The position numbers and the translations under genes were made by a program. The notes below the pieces were generated by a model, which saw only the letters and a program-made list of their open reading frames with translations, made no database searches and had not been told where the DNA came from. DNA of 64,000 nt. Source: Asterias rubens. Taxonomy: Eukaryota. Shown piece after piece: positions 23,601-35,750 of this stretch (the stretch's first letter is position 1; every line of letters starts with the position of its first letter). The DNA is taken from NCBI RefSeq assembly GCF_902459465.1, contig NC_047073.1, forward strand, positions 9,672,001 to 9,736,000, in the 5' to 3' direction.

Positions 23601-26600
23601 AACTATGTTACTTCAGAGGGAGCCGTTTCTCGCAATGTTTTATATTATCAACCTCTCCCAATTACTCGTCACCAAGTAAGGTTTTATGCTAATAATTATT
23701 TTGAGTAATTACCAATAGTGTCCACTGCCTTTAAAGCCACTCTTTGTATGGGGCTCAAGAAGAACAATTATCAAATGTGAAAACTACTTGGGGGAGCTGA
23801 AGGTGGGAATTCATATTCCTCTTAAAACAATCTGGATTTTAGGATGGAGGGAAACATGCACCAGGCAAGGAGTTCCAAAGAGATGCAGTACGTGGAATAA
23901 AGCTGTTGGAATGGCTTATTGTTCTACATCTTAGCAAATCAAGTGTGTATGGATGAGAAGAAGAAATAATCATAGATTTATGAAAGCTCATACTAACCAA
24001 GACGAATGGGGAAGTTGGCGATGTCATCGGCAGTCTGTTTCAACATCTCGTCCATTTCTGGGGTTGGCATGTAAGCCAAGTCCGTGACGGTGGTAAAGCC
24101 AGCCTTGGCGTAGGTCATCCACTGGTCACGGAGACCCTGGGCGAGGGCTGCGGCGTCCGGTAAAGGAGCATTGCCCATGATCATCATGATGGCGGGCTCC
24201 TCGAAGACCTGCCCGGTCGGAAAGCCATTTGCATCTTTGACGATCGTACCCCCTGATGGACTTTCAGTGTTTACATTAATCTTTAAAAACAAACAGTCAT
24301 ATAAAAAGGCAAATAAAATCGAGTATGAGGGTCATGTTGTATGCCTGTTGTAAATATGCTGGACGGTAGTATCAAAGACTGTGGTAAATATACACGAATT
24401 CACTTTGTTAATTTTGGTTTTTACCCCATACACCGATGTGTGGTAGCACTGTGTACTTTCCCGAGTGCTGTGAAAAAAAAAAAAAAAATCACAGGCACAT
24501 TACTCGGGTGGGATTCGAACCCACGACCCTTGCAATTCTAGAGCAGTGTCTTACCAACTATACGACTACCGAGATTTAACTTTGAGTGATCTGCAGTCAT
24601 TGTATGTACTCACCCCTGAAACGTCAAGAGCCGGGGTGTTAGCCCAAGCAACGTGGCCACTCTGGCCGACCACAACGATGGGAATCGTGGAGGAGAAAGT
24701 GTTGTCCAGGAAGGTGGCACTCAGAATGGGTAGATCACTCATGAGTTCCGGGTCCCAACCGAAGAAGATGCCCCAGTCTCCGGCAGTCAGCCCGCTCATC
24801 GTGTCGGAAATCACTTCGTAGATCTCGCTGTAGTGCCTACAGATGGGTTTAATCACACGCAACAAAAGGTTCATACTCCGGACTTAGTCTCACAGGCCCT
24901 TTTCGAATCCACGGCTTCGGCCTTGGATTCAGCTTCAGGCTTGTTCATTGAATCCCGGAGCACGTACGCAAAGCACGCGCAATAATTTTCAAAACACCCG
25001 CCGAATCTGGAACCGTAGCTGTGGTTTTGAAAAGGGCTTGCGAATTCTGGTTTTGTTAGTCACCGGTAGAGGGCGCCATTCAAGGCTAATATTGTCTACT
25101 TGAACCTCAAAATGTCAAAAATCTTTGTAATGTTTCATAGCTTTCTATTGTGTCATTCAAGCAGCTTTTTCACTTGGTGTATCTCAATATAAAACAAACC
25201 TGTGAAAGTTTGGGCTCAATTGGTCATCGAAGTTGCAAGAGAAGATTATTGAACGAGTTGTGTGCTTTCAAATGCAAATTAAAAGGCTTCAGCTGAAGTT
25301 TTTAATCATTTGAGTGATACAAATACCTCTTTCTCAAAAAAAAAACTAAGTTATTTGAGAGGCAGCTCTCCATTGCTCGTTATCAGGTGCATGTTTATGC
25401 TAGCAATAATATGAGTAATTACCAAAAGTGTCCAGTGCCTTTGAAAAAGATTTTTGGTTTTTTTTACCTGTAAGTCAAGGCGCTGATGTTGACGTACTGG
25501 CAACCCATGAGGGCGCACTGTATAGCGTGTTGATGTGGCTCGATGAAACCAGGCAGGAGAGTCTGCTTGTTTAGGAACAGGACCTCGGTGTCCGGGCCGG
25601 CGAAGCGGAACACCTGCTCGATCGTACCCACGGCTAAGATGGTGTCCCCGGCCACGGCTAGTGCCTCGGCCTGCGGGTGGTTCTCATTCATGGTGATGAT
25701 ATTACCCCCGTAGAAGATGGTGGTGGCCCTCATACCCATGGAAGACCCTTTGGAAAGAGTAAAACATGCCTTCAATAAGTGATATCAAAGGGGAAAAAGT
25801 ATTTGAAACAAAACTCCTTTGAACATCCGAATTGTCGTTCCCTGTTTTCAATAGACTTTAAAAGAACACGTTGCCTTGATTCGGTCGAGTTGGTCTTTGA
25901 AAAGTGTTTGTAACCGTTTGTTATAAAATGCATATGGTTAGAAAGATGTTTAAAAAGTAGAATACAATAATGATCCACACACATTTGCCTCGAAATCGCG
26001 TGGTTTTCCTTTTACTTTGCGAACTAACACGGTCGGCCATTTATGGGAGGTAAAAATTGGACTCCCATAAATGGCCAACCCTGTTTGTTGACAAGATAAA
26101 GCGAAAACCACGCAATTTCGAGTGCTACTTGTGTAGGAGTAACTATAGAATATAGGGCCACCCCTAACCCTGTGTAGTGTCAGTTGAAGCACTGCGGGGA
26201 GGACTGGGTAAATCTAATGTGGCCCTGTATTCTATAATTGTACCCAGATATTCTACTTTTAAAATATCTTTCTAATCATATGCATTTTATAACAAACGGT
26301 TACATACGCTTTTCAAAGACCAACTCGACCGATCCAAGGCAACGTGTTCCTCTAAGTTTCTCAAATTTGAACATTGGGTCGCTTTGGTTGTGTTTTAACA
26401 AACGCTAGAGGCAGTGGACACTATTGGTAATTACTCAAAATAATTGTTATGATAAAAGCTTTCTTGATTACAGGTAATGGGGAGAGGTTGATTGTATAAA
26501 AGATCGTGAGAAACGGCTCCCTCTCTGAAGTGACATAGTTTTAAAAATAAAAATAAAAAGTAATTTTCCCCGAATTTGATTTCGAGACCTCAGATTATAG

Positions 26601-28152
26601 AATTTGAGGTCTCGAAATCAACCATCTAAACGCACACAACTTCGTGTGACAAAGGTGTTTTTTCTTTCATTATCTCGCAACTTCGACGACCAATTGAGCT
26701 CAAATTTTCACAGGTTTGTTATGTTATGCATATAATATTTAATATATATTAAATAATGAATAGGGTAGATGGCCTTAGCTTTCGATCCAATCCGGACCTT
26801 CTTCAGAGGCATAAAACAAGTACAAACAAATACATATCCATTTATAGAAAAAGAGAGGGGGAAAGGGATTAAGGAAAGGATCCAGAAAGAAGCGGGAAAA
26901 TAACAGCCAATCAAAGTTCCTATTTCAGAAACAATATTGGTGGCTAAGAACCAATGGGAGTGAAGTGGCGAGGACAAAGGATGTTTAGAATGAAAGGAAG
27001 GGTTACTGGACCATAAATGTGGTAAAAGTATTGTTCGACAACAATGCAGGGAGACATGAAAGGGTAGGATTAGAGAGCAAGTTGCATCATGATGCAACTA
27101 ACAATGGTCAATTAATAAGAATAGCAAGATCAGCAAGATCAAAGGTATGATGATTTTAAAAATAGGTATGAGGGACCTGTGGAAAAAAAGGGGGGGGGGG
27201 TTACTTACATCAGATAGTTACAGTGATGAATTTATAAAAACAACTTTAAACTAGGTTAATTTATACTTTATGTACAGAATATATACAACATATAAGTTCT
27301 TAGGCAGAAGTGAAGTGGAGGGTAATGAGAGGTTATTTAACACCAGTGTTTATGTTAAGTCCAAAGGGTTTGACTGTCTTGAGTTGGTGAATCCAGTGTG
27401 ATTCTCTATTCTTGCGGTGTGTGTCATCACCATTGCAAGCTTCAATCACCAGAAGTTCAACATCAGTGACACTATGATTGGGGCTGTTGAAGTGTTGAAT
27501 ATTTATTATATATTGATATACACCAAGTGAGAAGACTGGTCTTTGACAATTGCCAATAGTGTCCAGTGTCTTTAAAGCTATTATGTACGACTCAGAAATG
27601 AGTCAGGTCTGATCCATGAGGGTTTTGACCTAATTTGAGAATGCATTCAGTTTAACACCAGTGAAATAATGACACAATAATATGTTTTTCGTGGCTCAGA
27701 ACTGGGATAATTTTCCGTAATTGTTTTTTCCCAGAATTGCTTTTTAAGCGTGAACATAATACTGTTTGCATAAAAACATACTTAGTAACGAGCGGTGGAG
27801 AGCTGTTGCAACATTGTGATAAACGGCTCCCTCGGAAGTAACGTAGTTCTTTAGAAAGGGGTCATTTCTCATTCAGATGTTAAAAGACTTCAGGCCCGAA
27901 GCCATTGCATCTTAAACCACTCACGTTTTGTGCAACAAGGGTGGTTTTTTCTTGTATAATTCTCTTGCAACTTCGACGACCAATTGAGTTAAAATTTCCA
28001 CAGATTTCCTATTTTATGCATATGTTGGGATAAAACTGCTCTTTGACAATTACCAAAGGTGTCTATATAGGGGCTTGTAATCAAATACCTTGTGAGGCTT
28101 GCTGGAAGCTACGCTTAGGGGCCTTGCTCGTGCGTTGTTGAAGACTAGCCAT
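20694..28152 (-). CDS. YtcJ-like amidohydrolase (amidohydrolase_3 family), 7 coding exons, ~620 aa
   Basis: Exons 28152-28089, 25747-25468, 24836-24614, 24280-23998, 23066-22651, 22090-21857, 21056-20694. All junctions are GT-AG and phase-consistent (1,2,0,1,0,0); total 1863 nt. Motifs: GGNIITM..AEALAV, LLPGFIEPHQH, GHVAWANTPAL, G.PTG.VFE, GFTTVTD, KLVADGS, AIHCHGE, RHRMEH, HQDHP, YTVNAAWQ..GSL..GKKADLVVLD. The first exon (Kozak CACCATGG, MASLQQRT..) is less certain than the other six. Confidence 0.9.
21455..21760 (+). mobile_element. tRNA-derived SINE-like fragment plus partial duplicate
   Basis: GGTGTAGTGG..CCCGGTTAAAATC head, then GGGCACTATGTGGATTG..AAAACTGAAA..CAGGGTTCTTGGCT, repeated at about 21660-21760. 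Confidence 0.4.
23351..23730 (+). mobile_element. Kolobok-type MITE K1, full length
   Basis: TTAA at 23347-23350 and 23731-23734, with canonical TIRs. Confidence 0.85.
23735..23960 (-). mobile_element. 3' end of a CR1/L2-type LINE
   Basis: Translation HPYTLDLLRCRT..NSFIPRTASLWNSLP..FP is the typical RT C-terminus of CR1/L2-group LINEs. A short 3' UTR follows. Confidence 0.7.
24385..24575 (-). mobile_element. tRNA-derived SINE
   Basis: Minus strand CTCGGTAGTCGTATAGTTGGTAAGACAC..GTGGGTTCGAATCCCACCCGAG (A and B boxes), followed by a body shared with 18637 and 52490. Confidence 0.7.
24895..25038. mobile_element. Short palindromic MITE (Harbinger-like, GGCCCTTTTCGAA TIR)
   Basis: GGCCCTTTTCGAATCCACGGCT...AGCTGTGGTTTTGAAAAGGGCT. 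Related copy at 43721-43862. Confidence 0.55.
25160..25441 (+). mobile_element. Divergent K1-related Kolobok MITE, 5'-truncated
   Basis: TCACTTGGTGTATCTCAA..AAACCTGTGAAA internal sequence and right TIR AATTACCAAAAGTGTCCAGTGCCT. Confidence 0.6.
25862..26351. mobile_element. Kolobok-type foldback MITE family K3 with an internal insertion
   Basis: TTAA-AAGAACACGTTGCCTTG...CAAGGCAACGTGTTCCT, with long inverted arms. Confidence 0.7.
26409..27571 (-). mobile_element. Kolobok MITE K1 split by a Penelope-like insertion
   Basis: Left half at 26409-~26730; the remainder (..ATACACCAAGTGAGAAGACTGGTC..GTGTCCAGTGTCT-TTAA) at ~27510-27571. Confidence 0.75.
26735..27505 (-). mobile_element. 5'-truncated Penelope-like element (GIY-YIG endonuclease C-terminus plus pLTR with hammerhead motif)
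   Basis: 27500-27333 translates IQHFNSPNHSVTDVELLVIEACNGDDTHRKNRESHWIHQLKTVKPFGLNIN-TGVK*, the HF..H..E..WI..L.T..P.GLN tail of PLE GIY-YIG. CTGAAGA-A-GGTCC-GGATT-GGATC-GAAA at 26806-26780. AT-rich insertion site. Confidence 0.85.
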
Positions 28153-28475
28153 GGTGAATCTGCGGACTGGCAAAACTTCAATAGAAGATGAGTTGAGAGG
28201 TTGAAGATTACACAGGGTGGGTTTGCTACTAGAGGGATGACTGTGGCGTACCTGAGGTTGAGACCGCAAGTGACTCTTTCCTCTCGGTTTAGTGGTGTTT
28301 TAACTGTAAAAGGCTGCGCGGTAAAAGCGCCGAAAACTCCGCACTGGGCCCAATTTTATAGAGCTGCCGAAGCCAAACAAAATTGCTTAACAATTTTTGC
28401 TTAGCTGAAATGAGCAGGATACCGGTCACAAATTGTACGTGAGATATGGTTACTACGGCTGGCAACCGTAATCTG

Positions 28476-28723
28476 GGCCCAATTTCATAGAACTGCTATT
28501 TTAAGCACAAAACTCTTCTTAGCATGAAATTCTTCCTTGATAAAAACAGGATTACCAACCATATTTCTACGTGATTTTTAGGATAGAAGCAAACAACAGC
28601 TGAAAACCAGCAACAAGCAATATGCAACCAATGGAAATTTGGTTGGTAATCCTGTTGTTTATCAAGAAAGACATTTCATGCTTAGCAAATTGTTGTGTTT
28701 AGCCGCGCTATGAAATCGGGACC
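28476..28723. mobile_element. Harbinger-type MITE with CTG target duplication
   Basis: CTG-GGCCCAATTTCATAGAACTG...GCTATGAAATCGGGACC-CTG. Further fragments at 28345-28405 and 28730-28790. Confidence 0.65.
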
Positions 28724-29891
28724 CTGGTGTAAAGCATTCCTGTGCTTAGCTAATTCACGGTGCTTAAGCAGCTCTATGAAAATGGGCCCCGGAGTTGTGT
28801 CAAAATGAAGTTCTTCTCCCCCACCCTTAATAGAAATTACAAGTGGTACAGCACTCTGATTTCACTGGATAAATACTAGTAGCCTCGGGTCTTTGAACAG
28901 CTTGAAAGGGACTTTGTATCATGGTCCTGAGGGAGTAAGTTTGATAACTGGAAGTCGAAGACTAATCGCCATAAATGGCGATTTCTTTAGCCCAAATCAA
29001 TCGTGCGTAAGATACACCTTTGTTACATTGTGTCGCCTTTGATCTTTTGTTCGCAGTGAGCATCTTTTAACTTCTATGAAGGGCCTTCATGATCGATTTA
29101 GTAGGCAGGGTCATTCTTTGTTAATACGGTGTCCCCAAAAAGCCATGGTCAAGAACACTCTATTCTACAGCCCTATATTGCAGCTTACATATGTTTGGCG
29201 TTTCAAATATTAAATTGTATTACGTCGTTCCTGATTGGTACGAAATTCCACTTTTGCCCTTGTGACTAAACATTGCTCTCTATTTTTGCTGTGTCTTGGA
29301 CGAACCCTGGTTTTTTGTTTATAGGTGGATATTATTTTAACGTGTCTTGCTTTTTGGAAGTGCAACAAAACTCGCCAAACAATAAAAATGACAAGAACCA
29401 CCCTAACTCATTTAGAGATTATCATTACATGGTGTTACCGCAAACTTTGCTATAATCGTATTTCCGTCATGCAAAGTTTAAAATCCTACTGTAAAATCTA
29501 TTTATACAACCCCAACTCGAATTCACTCAGTCAGTTTCCCTCGTGCTTTACTATTTGAAGCCGAAAACTCATATGCCTCAGCTCCCTTTGACCTTTGTCA
29601 CTATTGAAACTATTACCCAGTTTATTCTTGCGATGGCACCAATGGTCTTTCGTAGAGTGGCTATTGATTTGACTCATGTTTGTGTCCTACTTTTACCAGA
29701 ATTAACCCCGAGTGTAATCTCTCTTCCTATTGATTATCCAAGGCCATCAAAAGTTAAATAATAATTATTGATGGTCCATGAATACTTGAGCAAAACAACA
29801 AGAGAACAAGGTCCTAAATATTCAAAGCCCTTTTGTTTGGCAGTAGATAGTGCTTAACCCCTGTCAGGGTTGGATTTTACAAAATAGTTAA

Positions 29892-30262
29892 AGGAACACG
29901 TTGCCTTGGATCCGAGTCGAGTTGGTCTTTGAAAAGCGCTATGTAACCGTTTGTTCTAAAATCGGTATGGTTAGAAAGATGTTGTAAAAGTAGAATACAA
30001 TGATCTACACAAATATGCATCGAAATTGCGTGGTTTTCGTTTTACCCTGTCGACAAACACGATCGGCCATTTATGGGGGGTCAAAAATTTGACTCCCATA
30101 AAATGGCCGACCGTGTTAGTTCGCGACGTTAAATGAAAACCGTGCAATTTTGAGTAATACTTGTGTGGATCATTATATTCTACATTTAAAACATCTTTCT
30201 AACATATGCATTTGAAACGCTTTTCATAGACCGACTCGTCCGATCCAAGGCACCGTGTTCCT
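29892..30262. mobile_element. Kolobok-type foldback MITE K3, full length
   Basis: TTAA at 29888-29891 and 30263-30266. TIR AGGAACACG(T)TGCCTTGGATC, and the two halves are near-mirror images. Fragments at 30430-30520, 31245-31335 and 32505-32704. Confidence 0.8.
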
Positions 30263-31849
30263 TTAAAAGATAGTCGTACCTCGAGGGGGTGATTTGGACA
30301 AAACAAGAAAATTCTCTTCAACTATTCTTTTCCGTGATTTTCGTACCCCTTTTAACAATAGACATCGTCCCGTAATTCACATTTTTTTACCCTAAAATCG
30401 TGCAACGTTTATCAAATGTGTTGCATTAAAGGAACACAATGCCTTGGATCGGTCGAGTTGGTCTTTGAAAAGCGTTTGTAATCGTTTTTTATAAAATGCA
30501 TATGGGTAGAAAGATGTTGTATGCAGGAGAATAACCACAATCTAAGACTTGAATCAAGTCTACACCTCGTCCAACTCCGATTGTATTAGTCAATTCAGGC
30601 ATCCTCTTCAATTTTATTTTATGTAACAAGCAAAATTATTAATTTACTGATTATATTTTAAAAAAAAAAATTAATGGCTGTTAGCAAACTGCGTCCAACT
30701 AACACTACATGGTGTACATGTACTTGCAAAATAGTGTTACTGGCCTCACGTTTGGACCCTACTAAATAGCTACGTGAGAAGAATGAGATAATAAATCATG
30801 AATTCAGTTCAAAAGGATAAAAGTTTGTTTTCGTCATATTATTATTCATCAAACTATAAGCCTTTACACAATTAAAATCTTCACAACAAAATGTATATGT
30901 ATGGAAGGTACCAAACAGCACGTCACGGAGCCGAGTTGAAAAGTGACAATACCAAAGTGCAACCATCAGCCGTGAAGTTACATTATTATATGATGGTTGT
31001 CATAAGGATAAAAAGGTTGTTGTCGCCACAACCAACCCCCCCCCCCTTGTATTCAACGAACCATGCGAATGCATAGATTTGTCAGGTGCATAACATTATG
31101 TCCCAGCCAGCTCTGTGACTTGTGTGTTTTTTACTAGTTTCCTCGCTCCTCAACCAAAGTGACTACAATACGTCTCTATTGAACAACAATTGTATATTTC
31201 GACATGGTTTTTATTTTCAGCTTTTCCATAGATCCTGTTTTTTATGACTCCCAAAAATGGCCGACCGTGTTAGTTCGCAAAGTAAAAGGAAACCCACTCA
31301 TTTTATTCTACTTTTACAACATCTTTCCAACCATTATGTATTTTACGCATGTAATGTTATTTACATAAAATAAGAAAATACTGGAACCCACGACCGGGCT
31401 AAGCATGTATCGTTTGGAACCTGGGTTTCTTTTATATGCGTTACATAACACATGGGACCAACGGCTTTACGTCCCATCCGAAGAATGAAGCAATGGTTAA
31501 ATGACATCATAATTTTGTAAAGTTGAGAAAACTCCTTAACATCTTTTAACCCAGAGGTGCTCGGTCCAAGTTGTCAAACATAATGATAATGAAGTAAATT
31601 AATCACAAACAATGGAACCCCCATGAGCGGGCTAAGCACTGGCTAATCATACTAATATTTTGTAACCGTTGGAACCTACTTTATATCTTTGCCTGGTCAA
31701 ACATCATTTAAAGGGGCATTACAGTATTACATTTAGTTTTAGCCCACAAACGTAAAGTTAAAAAGCAATATAAAGACTAGAAAATAGAGTGCTCTCATAG
31801 TGGTGCACTAGGTTTGATACACACACATCTCAACGCGTGTTCAGGCTGT

Positions 31850-32110
31850 TAAGTCAACTTCTTAGTTTCTGTAAGTCGACTTGGTGAGATAAATTATGTC
31901 AGTTAGTCGACTGATCATTTTATCTAAGTCGACTTGGTGAGATAGATTATGTCAGTAAGTCGATTAACCATTTTATATAAGTCGACTTGGTGAAATAAAT
32001 ATTATGTTGTTAAGTCAACTGATTGTTTTTAGCAAGATACAATATGTCGGTAAGTTAACTTATTCCACGAAATAAGTCGTCTTGATGAGATAAATTATGT
32101 CGGTAACTCG
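31850..32110. repeat. Degenerate ~53-bp tandem repeat
   Basis: TAAGTCGACTTGGTGAGATA(A/G)ATTATGTCAGT recurs about 4-5 times. Confidence 0.75.
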
Positions 32111-34084
32111 ATGTGTGGGATGGCACTCCTGGAGCTCCGTATGTTTGAGGCTACTTTCTTCTTTAACTTATAATGCATGCCTTTCTTACTACTCACAAGA
32201 ATATTTTGACAAATAACAGCGGACTGAAGGGATCTCTGATGGTGAAATCAGCGTGTGTATGCAGTCCATGTTTGGGTAACTTTCGGATACCTTTGCATGT
32301 GTTGACATTGTGGTAGTCCATTTGCGAAACTTGCCCAGTACAGAATCCTAACACGGGACGATTCCGAATAAGGCATGGATCGTCATTTGGGTCAAAATGG
32401 GAAAATCACAAATTGGGTCGTTTCGTCGTCTGTTATTTGTACTCGGAAAAAGCAAAACAAAAAAACTTTTCTGGAGATGGGAACAATTGGCATCAAGTGG
32501 ATTTTCATGTTTTATGACTCCCATCTTAATGGCCGACCGTGTTAGTTTCGAAAGTAAAAGGAAAACCACGCAATTTCGAGGCAAATTTGTGTGGATCATT
32601 TTATTCTACTTATACAACAACTCTCCAACCATTGTGCATTTTATAGCAAACGGTTACAAACGCTTTTCAAAGACCAACTCGACCGATCTAAGGCAACGTG
32701 TTCCTTTAAGCACAAACATTTCACCAAAGTATACCAAAGCCCTTTTCACACGAGAACAGAAAACACGCGACCATCGATTTGGGCGCCAGTTGTCTGTCCC
32801 AAAGATTGCATGCGATTTCATGACAAACATTCACACGATGTGTTTATGGTGTCAACCGATGACTTCTCTTTGTTCTCCCATTGTTTTTGTTTTTCAGACG
32901 TCTCCATTGGTTTTGTACACCAAATCGAAACAACGATGTCTTCGGTGTGACTTTTTCCCGGATCCTTTTGTTAAAACCCTCTCCTTCTCGGTTTGAATGC
33001 GTGGACACGCCCACACACATCGCGTTCCCTGACGCCCCTCGCTTAGCAAGTTGGCGATTTCAATACACCGATAAGATTTCGTTCCCAACGACCATCTTTT
33101 AGTAAGCTCGTGTGAAACGTGAGCCCAAATAACATTTCACACGACCATTTTGTGACTGGTTTCCTGTTCATTTTCGAGTATTACCAACTTAAATGACTGC
33201 ATGCTTCCTACTCTTTTTTTCAAAATCATAAAAATACAAAAAATATGTTGAGGCCCATGTAATTTATTTCGGAGGCTTGTGTTTGCTGATGGAAACACAT
33301 CTCACTCAGCAAAACTATATAAATGGATTAGTACAATGCAAAAGTCTACCACGGCGAGGGTTTGCTCGAAGGGCCCAGAATGTTTTAGCACTCAGTTGAA
33401 GATGCTATTTGATGCATTCTTATGCATCTACACGCTAAGAAAAAAATACCCAATGTTACGTAAAATTGTACACTTTGTGGTGTTCAAAAGGGAACATGGT
33501 CTTTTGGAGGGTAAAACGCTACGCAACAGAGGTTGCGTCGTAATTTACGCAATTTCTGTGTAAAACGGCTACCCAACTATTGCGTCAAATTTCATACCCA
33601 ACTTTGTTGTGTCAATATGTACCCAACAATCGACTCTCCATTTACTCAGTAGTTGAGCACCACAACCCCAAGTGTTGAGTGAAAAAGAAGTAGTATATTT
33701 TGGCAGCAAACACGGACACTAATAAAACATTTTTTTTAAGCCATATACATTAAATTGGACTGGACAGTATAATTTCCGATTAATCTATGGTGATCACAAC
33801 CTAATAACCACCTTGCATAAAACGACCGGAGAGGTTGTGTACATTCAGGGGGCGAAAACGAACCCAAAACTCTTGCGAGTATGGACACTGCTCTAGAATT
33901 GGGTTCGGGTCGCACCCGAATAATATGCACGTGGTACTTTGTTCAAAGAGCTCGGGAAAGTATAAAGTGTTTACGCACATCGGTGAAAAATTAATTGTCT
34001 TATTCAATATAAACACCAAGCTGTATGGCAACAGCCAATCTCTCTCTCTCATAAACTTCTATTGTTAGAAATTTTACAAATCAA

Positions 34085-34210
34085 GAAGGTGTGATTCAGT
34101 AACTAGACGACAATACGTATAGTAACTGTGGATCAGTGGTTCGCTTGGAAGATTTGAACCCGCGACATTGTGATTGCAAGTCCTGCAGTCTAACCACTAG
34201 ACAATGCTGA
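34085..34210 (-). mobile_element. tRNA-derived SINE (second family)
   Basis: Minus strand TGTCTAGTGG (A box)..GGTTCAAATC (B box). Homologous copy at 54845-54970. Confidence 0.55.
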
Positions 34211-34916
34211 CAAAAAGATAGGCGTTTTTAGTCATAACTTAATTTATCTACTGAATTGCTTGTCTGGAGCAACTCTTAAATGTAAAAGAGTGAAAAACAC
34301 CACTCTTTACATTTCGAGCTGTCCTCCATATGGCTCCTCAAAAAGAGTGGTGGTTATTTCACTCTTTTAGAGGGGTTTCACTCCAGGACAGAGTGAAAAA
34401 TCTAAAAGAGTGGAAAAAGGGTTGTCCTTCGTATAGCTCTTCAAAGAGTGCCTTTTCACTCTTTCAAATTAAGAGAGTAAGGAGGGGTAGAGGGGTGGAG
34501 TCAAACCCCACCCCCACCCTGCCCCATCATCCCATGTGATTTCATCCGTTACTGCAGCGCGTTTAGCCTATAATACAAACATTGAAAGAAAGATGTTGCT
34601 GTTTTTACAATAATCCTTAATTCCCCTTGAATGTTTATTGATCGTTTTAGGTTGAGATGAACTTTTCAATGGGGTCTTCTTGAAACTTTACGTCGAATGA
34701 AGAGGTTCACCGACGCCAATGTAATTACCTGAACTTAATCCAGGTTTAGGGGCGAGCAGAGGAGATTGTCGGTCAGTGATCCTTATTTTGGAGGAGGTCA
34801 TTGAACCTTTAGGCGAGGTACTAATAACCAACTCCCAAAAATCAGACGGGAGGTGGTTATTGCCTCATATCTTGCCATTTTACTTTCACAGTCTATTATT
34901 TGCTCAATTGGGTTAA

Positions 34917-35287
34917 AGACAGTGGACACTATTGGTAATTGTCAAAGACTAGCCTTCACAGTTGGTGTATCTCATCATATGTATGAAATAACACACCTGT
35001 GATAATTTGAGCTCAATCGGTCATCGAACTGGCGAGATAATAATGAAAGAAGAAAAAACACCCTTGATGTCACATGAAGTTGTGTGCGTTTAGATGGTTG
35101 ATTTCGAGACCTCAAATTCTCGAAATCAAATTCGTGGAAAATTACTTCTTTCTCGAAAACTACGTCACTTCAGAGGGAGCCGTTTCTCACAATGTTTTAT
35201 ATCATCAACCTCTCCCCATTACTTGTCACAAAGAAAGGTTTTATGCTAATAGTTATTTTGTGAAATTACCAATAGTGTCAACTGCCT
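34917..35287 (+). mobile_element. Kolobok-type MITE K1, full length (central hairpin partly deleted)
   Basis: TTAA at 34913-34916 and 35288-35291, with TIRs present. Confidence 0.8.
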
Positions 35288-35479
35288 TTAAACATGTGTA
35301 TATTTTTTAGGACAAACAGGGAATAATTAATGGTTGTCCAGATGTGTTAGATTACATCAACGTTTAGAGGAGTACATATTCGTTTTAAACATCTTGCGCT
35401 ATATGCCTTCTCTCCTTAAGATCCTTACTGCTGCCCTGGAGAGGGTGGGTTGCAATGTGTCCTCTGTGTTTGTGCTATA

Positions 35480-35750
35480 ATAAGGGGGCTCCTATACTTT
35501 GGCCACATATCTAGAAGAGAGGGGGAGGACCTTGAGAAGATCTTTGTTATTCCTTCATGGTTTCAGGTAGTCGTGCACGTGGCCATCAACAAACTTTGTT
35601 GGACACGGGAAGGAATCAAAGAACTCACGAGCCTATCAATAAACAATGCATATCAATCTGGACTGGATAGGCAGAAGTGGAACTCCATCATAACCAGGGT
35701 CACAAAGGGTCAGCCGTGACTCATAGGACGACGACGACGACGACGACGAA
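35480..35750 (+). mobile_element. 3' end of an RTE-type LINE with (GAC)n tail
   Basis: Translation YFGHISRR..LEK..(frameshift) GSRARG..IKELT.L..DRQKWNSIITRVTKGQP*, followed by a GACGACGAC tail. This is the RTE/BovB-like RT C-terminus. Confidence 0.75.

Noticed and set aside
24490-24575. tRNA-like cloverleaf with CTCTAGA in the anticodon arm (possible suppressor tRNA)
   Set aside because: The anticodon stem is mismatched and the head continues into a SINE body found in several copies. It is a SINE head, not a tRNA gene.
20694-25747. Bacterial contamination as explanation for the amidohydrolase
   Set aside because: Six GT-AG introns with consistent phases contain host MITEs, SINEs and a LINE fragment.
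32397-32996. 199-aa plus ORF
   Set aside because: It runs through a K3 MITE fragment and an adjacent TIR element; the translation is not protein-like.
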